Positions 49,510 through 62,519 of a stretch of DNA of 64,000 nt are shown here, piece by piece. The position numbers and the translations under genes are program-made. The notes under the pieces were generated by a model. The model was not told where the DNA came from. It searched no databases and saw nothing but the letters and a program-made list of their open reading frames with translations. The stretch covers positions 13,392,001 to 13,456,000 of the forward strand of contig CATNEN010000003.1 of assembly GCA_950097015.1 (NCBI GenBank). Direction: 5' to 3'. Every line of letters starts with the position of its first letter. Within the stretch, counting starts at the first letter, position 1. This stretch comes from Macrostomum hystrix (taxonomy: Eukaryota; Animalia; Platyhelminthes).

Positions 49510-50530
49510 ATGGGACATTAGAAAATGGACAGGGGGAATGGGACCTTAGAAAACGGAAAGAGGGAATGTAACCTTAGAAAATGGATTAGGGGAATGTAAC
49601 CTTAGAAAATGGACAAGGGGAATGTAACCTTAGAAAATGGACAAGGGGAATGTAACCTTAGAAAATGGACAAGGGGAATGTAACCTTAGAAAATGGATTA
49701 GGGGAATGTAACCTTAGAAAATGGACAAGGGGAATGTAACCTTAGAAAATGGATTAGGGGAATGTAACCTTAGAAAATGGACAAGGGGAATGTAACCTTA
49801 GAAAATGGATAAGGGGGATGTAACCTTAGAAAATGGATTAGGGGAATGTAACCTTAGAAAATGGACAAGGGGAATGTAACCTTAGAAAATGGACAAGGGG
49901 AATGTAACCTTAGAAAATGGATTAGGGGAATGTAACCTTAGAAAATGGACAAGGGGGATGTAACCTTAGAAAATGGATTAGGGGAATGTAACCTTAGAAA
50001 ATGGACAAGGGGAATGTAACCTTAGAAAATGGATAAGGGGGTGTAACCTTAGAAAATGGATTAGGGGAATGTAACCTTAGAAAATGGACAAGGGGAATGT
50101 AACCTTAGAAAATGGACAAGGGAAATGTAAACTTAGAAAATGGAAAAGGGGAATGTAACCTTAGAAAACGGAAAAGGGGAATGTAACCTTAGAAAATGGA
50201 CAAGGGGAATGTAACCTTAGAAAACGGACAAGGGGAATGTAAACTTAGAAAATGGAAAAGGGGAATGTAATCTTAGAAAACGGAAAAGGGGAATGTAACC
50301 TTAGAAAATGGATTAGTGGAATATAACCTTAGAAAATGGATTAGGATAATGGGGGCTTAGAAAATGGATTAGGCGAACGGGACCTTAGAAAATGGATTAG
50401 GGGAATGGGACCTTAGAAAATGAATTAGGGGAACGGGACCTTAGAAATGCATTAGGTAAATGGGAATTAGAAAATATATAAGGGGAATGGGAATTAGAAA
50501 TAGTATAAGGGGAATGAAAGTTTAGAAAAT
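49510..50530. repeat. 28-bp minisatellite (ggggaatgtaaccttagaaaatggacaa)
   Basis: About 36 tandem units. Confidence 0.96.
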
Positions 50531-50944
50531 GGACAAGCCAACTGACAGTTGTTGGATTAGAGAAATCGCTACGTACGCTAGTAAAAAGATAATGCTTGGA
50601 TATCAGTACTTAAACAACGGAAATGGGAAGCTGAAAAGTATGAAATTTGAAAAAAAATATGCTTAGAAAAGCGACTAGGGGAAGTCACCCTAGTTATAAT
50701 CACCATAATAAAAGTACAGGTTTTAATGACCGCCCCATTTCTAGATTCTGTCAAACAGAAAATGCACACAACTATGACAAAATGTTCGGCAATTCATCAT
50801 GGCTAGGCCAATTTCGTTTCGAAACAGTACAAAAAATGGCTCTGACAATTATTTTAATTGTAGACAAAAAGTGTCATTAAATCCTGGCTAATATTCTGCT
50901 CAGTGAGTACCAGACTCACTCATCAAATGTCAAACTGTCAGTCT

Positions 50945-51640
50945 TGAGGAGGGGAGAAGAGGGGGAACAGGAGGGGAGAACAGGGAGAACAGGAGGGGAG
51001 AAGAGGGGAACAGGAGGGGAGAAGAGAGAGAGCAGGAGGGGAGAAGAGGGGAACAGGAGGGGAGAAGAGGGGAACAGGAGGGGAGAACAGAGAGAACAGG
51101 AGGGGAGAAGAGGGGGAACAGGAGGGGAGAACAGGGAGAACAGGAGGGGAGAAGAGGGGGAACAGGAGGGGAGAAGAGGGAGAGCAGGAGGGGAGAAGAG
51201 GGGAAACAGGAGGGGAGAAGAGGGGAACAGGAGGGGAGAAGAGGGGGAACAGGAGGGGAGAAAAGAGAGAACAGGAGTGGAGAAGAGGGGGAACAGGAGG
51301 GAGAAGAGGGAGAGCAGGAGGGGAGAGAAGGAAGAAGATGAGGGGAGAACAGGAGGGGAGAAGAGGGAGAGCAGGAGGGAGAAGAGGGAGAGCAGGAGGG
51401 GAGAGAAGGGAGAAGATGAGGGGAGAACAGGAGGGGAGAAGAGGGAGAACAGGAGGGGAGAAGAGGGAGAGCAGGAGGGGAGAAGAGGGAGAGCAGGAGG
51501 GGAGAGAAGGGAGAAGATGAGTGGAGAAAAGGGAGAAGATAAGGGGAGAGCAGGAGGGGGAAGAGGGAGAAGAGGGAGAAGAGGGAGGGGAGAAAAGGGA
51601 GGCGGGAGAGAAAAGAGAGAAGGAATGAGAAGAGGAGGTA
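50945..51640. repeat. GA-rich polypurine repeat
   Basis: (caggaggggagaagagggg) units. Confidence 0.95.
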
Positions 51641-52209
51641 AGAATAAGATTAGGGTTGAGATTTTAAGACAGTCAAGAGCTACAAAACTAGTCAGTAACT
51701 AATATATACTGGCTGTTATTCACGCTTCTAATAAAAAACGTTAGAAATGAATAAAAACTGTATATATTGTGAAACAAGGTTATAAATAACGAAATAAACG
51801 AGCAAGTGGTTCCAGTTTAATTCTTTTATAGCCGTTATAGTTTGACAATTAGTACTTCAAATTTTAAATAATCTCTTAGCTTTGTTAAACACTCCAGACC
51901 TTTGCAGTAAAATCAGAATAAAACAGAACTTTGTGTACCGAGAAAATCTGACATCAAAAAGAATTTCATAGAAAATTAATTTATTAAAAAACTGTTCGTT
52001 AAAAAAGTCCCATTAAAACGCAAGAAAAGCATACGACATAAAAACAATTTTAAACAAATATTGGCATTTAAAAAAATGAAGAATAAGTACAACTGCCGAG
52101 TACCAGGATTTTGCTTAATTTGTTTTTTTTGTTGTCACAAGTATCTTCTTTTAGCAGAATATGCACTTTTATAAGGAAACGAATAAATCATAATAATGAT
52201 TTCAGACTA

Positions 52210-53320
52210 GAAAGGGGTTCTAGCCTTGTAAGGGGTTCTATGGTTCTAGCCTATTAAGTGGTTTTAGCCTTGTAAGGGGTTCTATGGTTCTAGCCTATTA
52301 AGTGGTTTTAGCCTTGTAAGGGGTTCTATGGTTCTAGCCTATTAAGTGGTTTTAGCCTTGTAAGGGGTTCTATGGTTCTAGCCTATTAAGGGGTTCTAGC
52401 CTTGTAAGGGGTTCTATGGTTCTAGCCTATTAAGGGGTTCTAGCCTTGTAAGGGGTTTTATGGTTCTAGCCTATTAAGGGGTTCTAGCCTCAAAAGGGGT
52501 TCTTGCCTATTAAGGGGTTCTAGCCTAGAAAGGGGTTCTAGTATGTTAAGGGGTTCTAGCCTAGTAAGGGGTTCTAGCCTAGTAAGGGGTTATAGCCTAG
52601 TAAGGGGTTCTAGCCTAGTAAGGGGTTCTAGCCTAGTAAGGGGTTCTAGCCTAGTAAGGGTTTCTAGCCTAGTAAGGGGTTCTAGCCTAGTAAGGGGTTC
52701 TAGCCTAGTAAGGGTTTCTAGCCTAGTAAGGGGTTCTAGCCTAGTAAGGGGTTCTAGCCTAGTAAGGGGTTCTAGCCTAGTAAGGGGTTCTAGCCTAGTA
52801 AGGGTTTCTAGCCTAGTAAGGGGTTCTAGCCTAGTAAGGGGTTCTAGCCTAGTAAGGGGTTCTAGCTTAGTAAGGGGTTCTAGCCTAGTAAGGGGTTCTA
52901 GCCTAGTAAGGGGTTCTAGCCTACTAAGGGGTTCTAGCCTAGTAAGGGGTTCTAGCCTAGTAATGGGTTCTAGCCTAGTAAGGGGTTCTAGCCTAGTAAG
53001 GGGTTCTAGCCTAGTAAGGGGTTCTAGCCTAGTAAGGGGTTCTAGCCTAGTAAGGGGTTCTAGCCTAGTAAGGGGTTCTAGCCTAGTAAGGGGTTCTAGC
53101 CTAGTAAGGGGTTATAGCCTAGTAAGGGGTTCTAGTATGTTAAGGGGTTCTAGCCTAGTAAGGGGTTCTAGCCTAGTAAGGGTTTCTAGCCTAGTAAGGG
53201 GTTATAGCCTAGTAAGGGGTTCTAGCCTAGTAAGGGGTTCTAGCCTACTAAGGGGTTCTAGCCTAGTAAGGGGTTCTAGCCTAGTAAGGGGTTCTAGCCT
53301 AGTAAGGGGTTCTAGCCTAG
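52210..53320. repeat. 18-bp minisatellite (ctagtaaggggttctagc)
   Basis: Tandem units; the RGSSLV ORF is an artefact. Confidence 0.96.
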
Positions 53321-54169
53321 CATTGAATAAAATAACAATACGTTTGTTTTCTATTGAATTCAAGAAATCAAACATTTTTTTCAACTCCAGTAACAGATCA
53401 GTAACAGAATTAAGAGCATTAAAAAAAACAACGAAAATGAGTAAAAAAGACGAAAAAATGTTTGTATGCAACGCAAAGTAAAAACTTGTTGACTAGCAAA
53501 AGCGAGCATTAGGTGTGAGTACAAGCCTTATGAGTAGAATTCGTGTGAGTAAAATATGTGAGTTTCATCAATAGAATTCATGCAAGATAATAGTTAGATA
53601 TGAATTAACAACAAATGGATAACACTGAGACATTATATTGAGATTCCAGTTAGAAACATTGATTTAATTTGAACAGCGAATTCAAGTAAATATTAGATTG
53701 CTTTACACGTTAGACAGACAATACATTTTTATTAAAATCAACTAGTGTAGAAACCCTGTAAAACAAACGAAAAATTATGGTAACGTTTATTCTTATGTGA
53801 CTAGACGAAAGGCTTTACGCAATTAAAAATTAAAAGTAGTTTAATTTGTTCTTAATGACTATCCAGTAACATGTCGACTTTCTTTTTTTAAATGTATTTA
53901 GTAAACTAAAAAATATATTGTTATTAATACGAACAAGGGCAGACTAGACAAAATGGAAGCTAGGAATTAAATTAAAAAAATTGCGATCAAATTATGACAG
54001 CTCAATTATAATTATTGCGATTATGAAAGAAAAACTCAGCTATAAAAATAGTAACAGTAATATTAAATCATTTTACAAGAAAAAACAAGAACAAAAACGA
54101 TAAAAGTTATCAGGCAAGCTCATTGTAGCGAGGATTTTGGGACACTCCAGCCAGTGTCCCCCCGATTCT

Positions 54170-54870
54170 TATCTCGCATTTCTCATCTCTCCTGTCTCAT
54201 CTCCCCGGAGTCTCATCTCTCCTGTCTCATCTCCCCCGTGTCTCATCTGCCCCGTGTCTCATCTCTCCTGTCTTATCTCCCCCGTTTCTCATCTCTCCTG
54301 TCTCATCTCCCCGGAGTCTCATCTCTCCTGTCTCATCTCCCCCGTGTCTCATCTCCCCCGAGTCTCATCTCTCCTGTCTCATCTCCCCCGTGTCTCATCT
54401 GCCCCGTGTCTCACCTCTCCTGTCTCACCTCCCCCGTGTCTCATCTGCCCCGTGTCTCATCTCTCCTGTCTCATCTCCCCTGTCTTATCTCCCCCGTTTC
54501 TCATTTCTCCTGTCTCATCTGCCCCGTGTCTCATCTCTCCTGTCTCATCTCCCCCGTTTCTCATCTCTCCTGTCTCATCTGCCCCGTGTCTCATCTCTCC
54601 TGTCTCATCTCCCCCGTTTCTCATTTCTCCTGTCTCATCTGCCCCGTGTCTCATCTCTCCTGTCTCATCTCCCCCGTTTCTCATCTCTCCTGTCTCATCT
54701 GCCCCGTGTCTCATCTCTCCTGTCTCATCTCCCCCGTGTCCCCCGTGTCTCATCTCCCCCGTGTCTCATCTCCCCCGTGTCTCATCTCTCCCGTGTCTCA
54801 TCTCCCCCGTGTCTCATCTTTCCTGTCTCATCTCCCCTGTGTCTCATCTCTAGTGTCCCGTCTCTCCCCT
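54170..54870. repeat. (tgtctcatctcccccg)n simple repeat
   Basis: Same family as the arrays at 30320 and 47000. Confidence 0.95.
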
Positions 54871-55093
54871 ATCTCACCTGTCCTGTGAATCATTTCTACA
54901 TTGTCTCATCTCTTCCGTCTCATATCTGCAGTGACTTATCTCCCCATTGTCCGATCACTTATCTTGTTTATGTGACAAAATGTCTCAGGGTGTCAAAATT
55001 AGACAAAGTTATTTAATATTGGCAAACCTTACCTGGCCTAAAAAAGCCTAAGAAAATTAAGCTCAGAATGAAATCAATTTGTCAAACCGTTTA

Positions 55094-58000
55094 TCAAACA
55101 AAATTTGGCGCCAATGACGAGAATCTGGCATGCAGACTAGCCGGCGTTGGCCGACTCAGCCTATCAGATGTTTTTGCATTAGCTGGTGTCCAACACTCCG
55201 CCAATGTCTCAGCTATGAATGGCAAAGCCGGATGATTCTCAACTGGCAGTCTCAAGCCGTCAATCAGATTTTGGTCGGCTAAAATAATAGATTTCACACT
55301 GGCTAGCGTCAGCGACTGGCCTCTGCGATGCCTAGTGGAAGCCGAAGATTCAGCGTCGACGCTAAAGTCTGGCGAGGCTTCGGTGGTCAATTTTAGACGA
55401 TCGGCAAACACTGGCGCATAGGGCGGCGGAGACTCAGATGCAGGATAGAAGGCTGCACACCTGAGAACAGTTATGTTAGTTGATTGATTTATATTTTTTG
55501 TTCTATTTATTAGACACTTGACTGTTAAGGGGTTAGATGCCTGAAGGATCAGGGGTTAGACACCTGAAGGATCAGGGGTTAGACACCTGAAGGATTAGGG
55601 GTTAGACACCTGAAGGATCAGGGGTTAGACACCTGAAGGATTAGGGGTTATACACCTGAAAGATCAGGGGTTAGACACCTGAAGGATCAGGGGTTAGACA
55701 CCTGAAGGATCAGGGGTTAGACACCTGAAGGATCAGGGGTTAGACACCTGAAGGATCAGGGGTTAGACACCTGAAGGATCAGGGGTTAGACACCTGAAGG
55801 ATCAGGGGTTAGACACCTGAAAGATCAGGGGTTAGACACCTGAAGGATCAGGGGTTAGACACCTGAAGGATCAGGGGTTAGACACCTGAAGGATCAGGGG
55901 TTAGACACCTGAAGGATCAGGGGTTAGACACCTGAAGGATCAGGGGTTAGACACCTGAAGGATCAGGGGTTAGACACCTGAAGGATTAGGGGTTAGACAC
56001 CTGAAGGATTAGGGGTTAGACACCTGAAGGATTAGGGGTTAGACACCTGAAGGATCAGAGGTTAGACACCTGAATAATCAGGGGTTAGACACCTGAAGGA
56101 TCAGGGGTTAGACACCTGAAGGAGTAGGGGTTAGACACCTGAAGGATCAGGGGTTAGACACCTGAAGGATCAGGGGTTAGACACCTGAAGGATTAGGGGT
56201 TAGACACCTGAAAGATCAGGGGTTAGACACCTGAAGGATTAGGGGTTAGACACCTGAAAGATCAGGGGTTAGACACCTGAAGGATCAGGGGTTAGACACC
56301 TGAAGGATTAGGGGTTAGACACCTGAAAGATCAGGGGTTAGACACCTGAAGGATCAGGGGTTAGACACCTGAAGGATCAGGGGTTAGACACCTGAAGGAT
56401 TAGGGGTTAGACACCTGAAAGATCAGGGGTTAGACACCTGAAGGATCAGGGGTTAGACACCTGAAGGATCAGGGGTTAGACACCTGAAGGATCAGGGGTT
56501 AGACACCTGAAGGATTAGGGGTTAGACACCTGAAGGATCAGAGGTTAGACACCTGAATAATCAGGGGTTAGACACCTGAAGGATCAGTGGTTAGACACCT
56601 GAAGGATCAGGGCTTAGACACCTGAAGGATCAGGGCTTAGACACCTGAAGGATTAGGGGTTAGACACCTGAAGGATTAGGGGTTAGACACCTGAAGGATT
56701 AGGGGTTAGACACCTGAAGGATCAGAGGTTAGACACCTGAATAATCAGGGGTTAGACACCTGAAGGATCAGGGGTTAGACACCTGAAGGAGTAGGGGTTA
56801 GACACCTGAAGGATCAGGGGTTAGACACCTGAAGGATCAGGGGTTAGACACCTGAAGGATTAGGGGTTAGACACCTGAAAGATCAGGGGTTAGACACCTG
56901 AAGGATTAGGGGTTAGACACCTGAAGGATCAGGGGTTAGACACCTGAAGGATCAGGGGTTAGACACCTGAAGGATTAGGGGTTAGACACCTGAAAGATCA
57001 GGGGTTAGACACCTGAAGGATCAGGGGTTAGACACCTGAAGGATCAGGGGTTAGACACCTGAAGGATTAGGGGTTAGACACCTGAAAGATCAGGGGTTAG
57101 ACACCTGAAGGATCAGGGGTTAGACACCTGAAGGATCAGGGGTTAGACACCTGAAGGATCAGGGGTTAGACACCTGAAGGATCAGGGGTTAGACACCTGA
57201 AGGATTAGGGGTTAGACACCTGAAGGATCAGAGGTTAGACACCTGAATAATCAGGGGTTAGACACCTGAAGGATCAGTGGTTAGACACCTGAAGGATCAG
57301 GGCTTAGACACCTGAAGGATCAGGGCTTAGACACCTGAAGGATTAGGGGTTAGACACCTGAAGGATCAGGGATTTAACACCTGAATGATCAGGGGTTAGA
57401 CACCTGAAGGATCAGGGGTTAGGCACTCTAATTACTAAAACATCAGGGGCTAGATACCTCAAACAATAAAATATCGCATTGCTCTAACCTGGTGGCCACC
57501 TCCCATAAAATCAGGCCGAGTGAGTAGGAATCAGCTTGCATGCGTTGTTCCAAATCCAATGATCCTTTCTGTTGCTGCTGCTGCTGCAATTTTCCATTAC
57601 GTTTAGCGGCCTGATGCAGAGGCGTTTTCTCGCTAACAGCGCCGCTAGCTAGCAATTCAGGCGCCGTGTAGCGCAAATGAGCGCCAGTAGATGACCAACA
57701 GCCGGATAGGCCTACTAGAAGAGGAGCCAGAGGCAAGCGGAGAACAAAACTGTCTGTCTCTAGGCGACAATGAGCTCGGCCTAGGCTATGTAGCTGAGCT
57801 ACGGCTGCGCAGAGACCGCAAGATAAGCGACAGAAATCCGACCAGGTGTAGCACCTGCGAGGTGAGGGATTCAGGTCAATATGTTTACTGAAGCTTCAGA
57901 TGATTTGATATAGGTTACTGAAGCTTCAGGTGATTTGATATAGGTGACTGAAGCTTCAAGTGATTTGATATAGGTGTACTGAAGCTTCAAGTGATTTGAT

Positions 58001-61000
58001 ATAGGTGTACTGAAGATTCAGGTGATTTGATATAGGTGTACTGAAGCTTCAAGTGATTTGATATAGGTGACTGAAGCTTCAGGTGATTTGATATAGGTGT
58101 ACTGAAGCTTCAGGTGATTTGATATAGGTTACTGAAGCTTCAGGTGATTTGATATAGGTTACTGAAGCTTCAGGTGATTTGATATATGTGTACTGAAGCT
58201 TCAGGTGATTTGATATAGGTTACTGAAGCTTCAGGTGATTTGATATATGTGTACTGAAGCTTCAGGTGATTTGATATAGGTGTACTGAAGCTTCAGGTGA
58301 TTTGATATAGGTTACTGAAGCTTCAGGTGATTTGATATAGGTTACTGAAGCTTCAGGTGATTTGATATAGGTGACTGAAGCTTCAGGTAATTTGATATAG
58401 GTGTACTGAAGCTTCAGGTGATTTGATATAGGTTACTGAAGCTTCAGGTGATTTGATATAGGCTACTGAAGCTTCAGGTGATTTGATATATGTGTACTGA
58501 AGCTTCATGTGATTTGATATATGTGTACTGAAGCTTCATGTGATTTGATATAGGTGTACTGAAGCTTCAGGTGATTTGATGTAGGTTACTGAAGCTTCAG
58601 GTGATTTGATATATGTGTACTGAAGCTTCATGTGATTTGATATATGTGTACTGAAGCTTCATGTGATTTGATATAGGTGTACTGAAGCTTCATGTGATTT
58701 GATATAGGTGTACTGAAGCTTCAGGTGATTTGATATAGGTGTACTGAAGCTTCAGGTGATTTGATGTAGGTGTACTGAAGCTTCATGTGATTTGATATAG
58801 GTGTACTGAAGCTTCAGGTGATTTGATGTAGGTGTACTGAAGCTTCAGGTGATTTGATGTAGGTGTACTGAAGCTTCAGGTGATTTGATGTAGGTGTACT
58901 GAAGCTTCAGGTGATTTGATGTAGGTGTACTGAAGCTTCAGGTGATTTGATGTAGGTGTACTGAAGCTTCAAGTGATTTGATGTAGGTGTACTGAAGCTT
59001 CAGGTGATTTGATATAGGTGTACTGAAGCTTCAGCTAATTTGATATAGGTGTACTGAAGCTTCAGGTGATTATATTTAGGTGACCTGAAGCTTCAGGTGA
59101 TTTGATGTAGGTGTACTGAAGCTTCAGGTGATTATATTTAGGTGACCTGAAGCTTCAGGTGATTTGATGTAGGTGTACTGAAGCTTCAGGTGATTCAAAA
59201 TTTGATGATTTTGCAATAGTCTGAATTCGGTTGCAACTGTGATAAATAATGTGCGAACTAGCATTTTAAGAGGGTTAGGTCAGTCAAATAATTCGATGAA
59301 TAAAGGAGCTACGTAAATAAGCTTTGATATGAAACGTGCAGTGGCGCGCATAAACGCCATACATGAATTGACACTTTTTACATATTTTGCAATTGCGAAA
59401 ACACTCGAAAGCCAACTGGCCAACTTAGAAGCTGTTTAGATCAGTAGAGGATAGACGAACAGACACTAGAAAATGATGCACAGTAACACATCAAATTATG
59501 CGCGCACATGGCATAACAATCTAAATAGAAGACGCACTAGTCTATTTCTGGTGCAATTAGGACAGCCATTGTATATTGCGAAGCATTTAACACACAGTTT
59601 CTATATATAGGCGCGTAGGCTTTTATAAAGTTGGCGTTTTAACCGTGAGAAACAAGATGCGATGTACTATAAGCCCTGATGATTTACAGACTGCCTCTGT
59701 ATTCTAGCTGCGACTCATAAAATATGCCTGCCGCTGTTTCTTTAAAGATTCTAACTTGTTAGAATCGTTTCTTGCTACGATTCTAACGTGAATTCCTCAT
59801 ACGATTCTGGCTGCAGTAACTGCTACTATTCTAGCTGCGATTCCTGCTTCGATTCTGGCTGCAGTAACTGCTACGATTCTAGCTGCGATTCCTGCTCCGA
59901 TTCTAGCTGCGATTCCTGCTCCGATTCTAGCTGCGATTTCTGCTCCGATTCTGGCTGCAGTGACTGCTACTTTTCTTGCTGCGATTCCTGCTTCGATTCG
60001 AGCTGCGATTCCTGCTTCGATTCTGGCTGCAGTGACTGCTACTTTTCTAGCTGCGATTCCTGCTTCGATTCTAGCTGCGATTCCTGCTCCGATTCTAGCT
60101 GCGATTCCTGCTTCGATTCTGGCTGCAGTGACTGTTACTTTTCTAGCTGCGATTCCTGCTACGATTCTGGCTGCAGTGACTGCTACTTTTCTAGTTGCGA
60201 TTCCTGCTACGATTCTGGCTGCAGTGACTGCTACTTTTCTAGCTGCGATTCCTGCTACGATTCTGGCTGCAGTGACTGCTACTTTTCTAGCTGCGATTCC
60301 TGCTACGATTCTGGCTGAAATACCTGCTACGATTCTAGCTTCGATTCCTGCTTCGATTCTGGCTGCAATACCTGCTACAATTCTAGCTTTGATTCTGGCT
60401 GCAATACCTGCTACAATTCTAGCTTTGATTCTGGCTGCAATACCTGCTACGATTCTAGCTTCGATTCTGGCTGCAATACCTGCTACGATTCTGGCTGCGA
60501 TTTCCGTTACGATTCTAGCCGCGATTCCTGCTACGAGTACAATTCTAGCTGCGATTCCGACTAAGATTATGGTTTTGAATAGTTTCTTTGAAACATAAAG
60601 AGAAAGGCAATCTGGATTTATATTGTGTACTAGAACATTAATTTACCTGTCAGCAAGCTGATGAGATAGGGTACCGCCAGTAGCCAATTCCAACAGTAGA
60701 CAGGGCCTCTGTCCGCCAAACATGATGGTGCCTAATAGTCTGGGGAAAAATGTCACAGCGTTCGCTCGACCAAGTCGCCTGTAGGCGGCCAACTCGGAAC
60801 GATATTCGGCTATGGAGGCCGGCAGCTCCGGCCAGAATAGCTTAGCGGCGCATTGCTGACTTTCATCAGGATGGGTCTGTAAGGAAAGAATAACAGTTGT
60901 TCTGCTAGTTTTCTTATTGTAAAAAATGTCGCAAGTGGATTGTGACAGTGAAATTTATAATTTTTTATTGAAGACAAACACAAGATATTCTTGAGTAAAA

Positions 61001-61948
61001 ATGAAGACTAGTAGAAGAAACTGTAATCTGATCCCAGAAGATGGGATCAGAATTTAAATGGGATTTGAATTAGAGATGGGATCTGAGTTTGATGATGGGA
61101 TCTGAGTTTGATGATGGGATCAAAGATTGAGGATGGGATCAGAGTTTGATGATGGGATCTGAGTTTGATGATGGGATCTGAGTTTGATGATGTGATCGTT
61201 GTTTGATGATGAGATAAGATTTTTGATAATGGGATCAAAGATTGAGGATGGGATCTAGGTTTGATGATAGGATTAGAGATTGGTGATGGGATCAGAGTTT
61301 GATGATGGGATCTGAGTGTGATGATGGGATCTGAGTTTAATGATGGGATCGGAGTTTGAGGATGTGATTAGATTTTGATAAAGGGATCAGAGTTCGATAA
61401 GGAAATGATGATGATGACGATGATATCAGATTTAAAGCATTGGTTCAGATTTAATGATAGGATCATACCTCCAACTCGGCCTCATAAACAACCGAGTACT
61501 GTCCGGAGCAGTTCAATTCTTTAATTAATCGCACCGGGTCGACACCGCCAACGCCGTTTCGTTCGATCGGGGTTCGAGCGCCTGAACGAGACGACAGCAG
61601 CCACTCGCTGTAGGCGAAATGGCCGTTGGACAGTAAGCCGCCGTTGACTCCGCGGGATCCAGCAGCAGCCGCCGCCGAAGATGAGGACACGGCAGCGGAC
61701 GAAGCGCCGGCTCTCAGGCGTCGCCTATTTAGTCTCCGCCTGCGCCGCCAAACAATCCCTATACAAGCTAGTAGCATCAGACCCAAACCGGCGTACAGGC
61801 CGATAGAAGCGGCTAAGAATATAGCGAATCTTTGCCGGCCCCATTGTTCGGCATCGAATAGCATTGGCTCAATCGGAGTGGCTGTGGTTGATGTGCCATT
61901 ATTAAATAGATTATGGGCTATAATAGTCGGCGGCAGCAGCGAGGGCAT
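55094..61948 (-). CDS. TGF-beta family type II receptor-like (BMPR2/wishful thinking-like) transmembrane pseudokinase; exons 61948-61469, 60876-60647, 57854-57489, 55460-55094
   Basis: TM segment followed by RRRRR; SGQYSVVY, CAAKLF, LLLELATGGTL, TWSDFCRL...VAQLHS, RYTAPELL, QADSYSLGLILWEVATRC, ETLAECW. All junctions are phase-consistent. The catalytic loop reads HCRLETDS and DFG is absent. Confidence 0.8.
55525..57425. repeat. 23-bp minisatellite (caggggttagacacctgaaggat), receptor intron 3
   Basis: About 82 units. Confidence 0.97.
57885..59195. repeat. 30-31-bp minisatellite with palindromic ctgaagcttcag core, receptor intron 2
   Basis: gtgtactgaagcttcaggtgatttgatatag, about 42 copies. Confidence 0.97.
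59790..60560. repeat. Compound gattctagctgc/gattcctgc minisatellite, receptor intron 2
   Basis: 12- and 24-bp subunits; the Cys-rich ORF is an artefact. Confidence 0.93.
61030..61400. repeat. 19-bp minisatellite (gatgggatctgagtttgat), receptor intron 1
   Basis: Tandem degenerate units. Confidence 0.9.
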
Positions 61949-62519
61949 GGTCCAACACGGACCGGGAGCGTCCACTGGCACAATTGTATCTATTTTATTT
62001 AACACTCAACTGCCGATTTGAAGCCTGAAATTTATATTCATAGTGAAGTTTATTAGGGCTTTGAAAGATCCCATTGGATGAGCAGATTCTTTTGAGTACT
62101 GATCGTTTTTAACTCTGGTCTCTGAAGCCAAATAGTTCACTACGCATCATTTGCTTCGCCGCTAAACATGCAAGGTCAGCCCTTGTCTCTTCCGCTTCTC
62201 CTCTGCTTTAAGAAGACACTCAAAGCCGACTAAAGCCATGTTCTAATCTGGATTACAGATTTCTGGAGACAACGCCCCCACTCCCTCCCCCGAAGCAAAA
62301 TTCTTGTATCGGATGGGCAAGCCAGCTTTTGCTTCTTTTTTTTATATAGTCAGGCTTCAGTGCAGCGTGACATATCCTGTCCTCACCCCAGTCAGGCTCG
62401 CTTCATTGGCTAGCAGAGAACTAAGAAATCTAAGAACTCACTTCTAATCTATTAGTGCCTTCGTCTTTTTCTCTCTCCCTGCCGAAATCCTGTACAAATA
62501 ATTACGTCTTTTTTATCTT

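Noticed and set aside
55525-57425. Interstitial telomeric repeat (TTAGGG-like)
   Set aside because: TTAGGGG occurs only within some 23-bp units and never as tandem hexamers.
41860-59195. CRISPR-like arrays
   Set aside because: Head-to-tail tandem repeats without unique spacers, eukaryotic context, and no cas genes.
59788-60318. Metallothionein-like Cys-rich protein
   Set aside because: Derived from an intronic minisatellite, antisense to the receptor gene, with a non-ATG start; related repeats occur at 41.7-42.3 kb.
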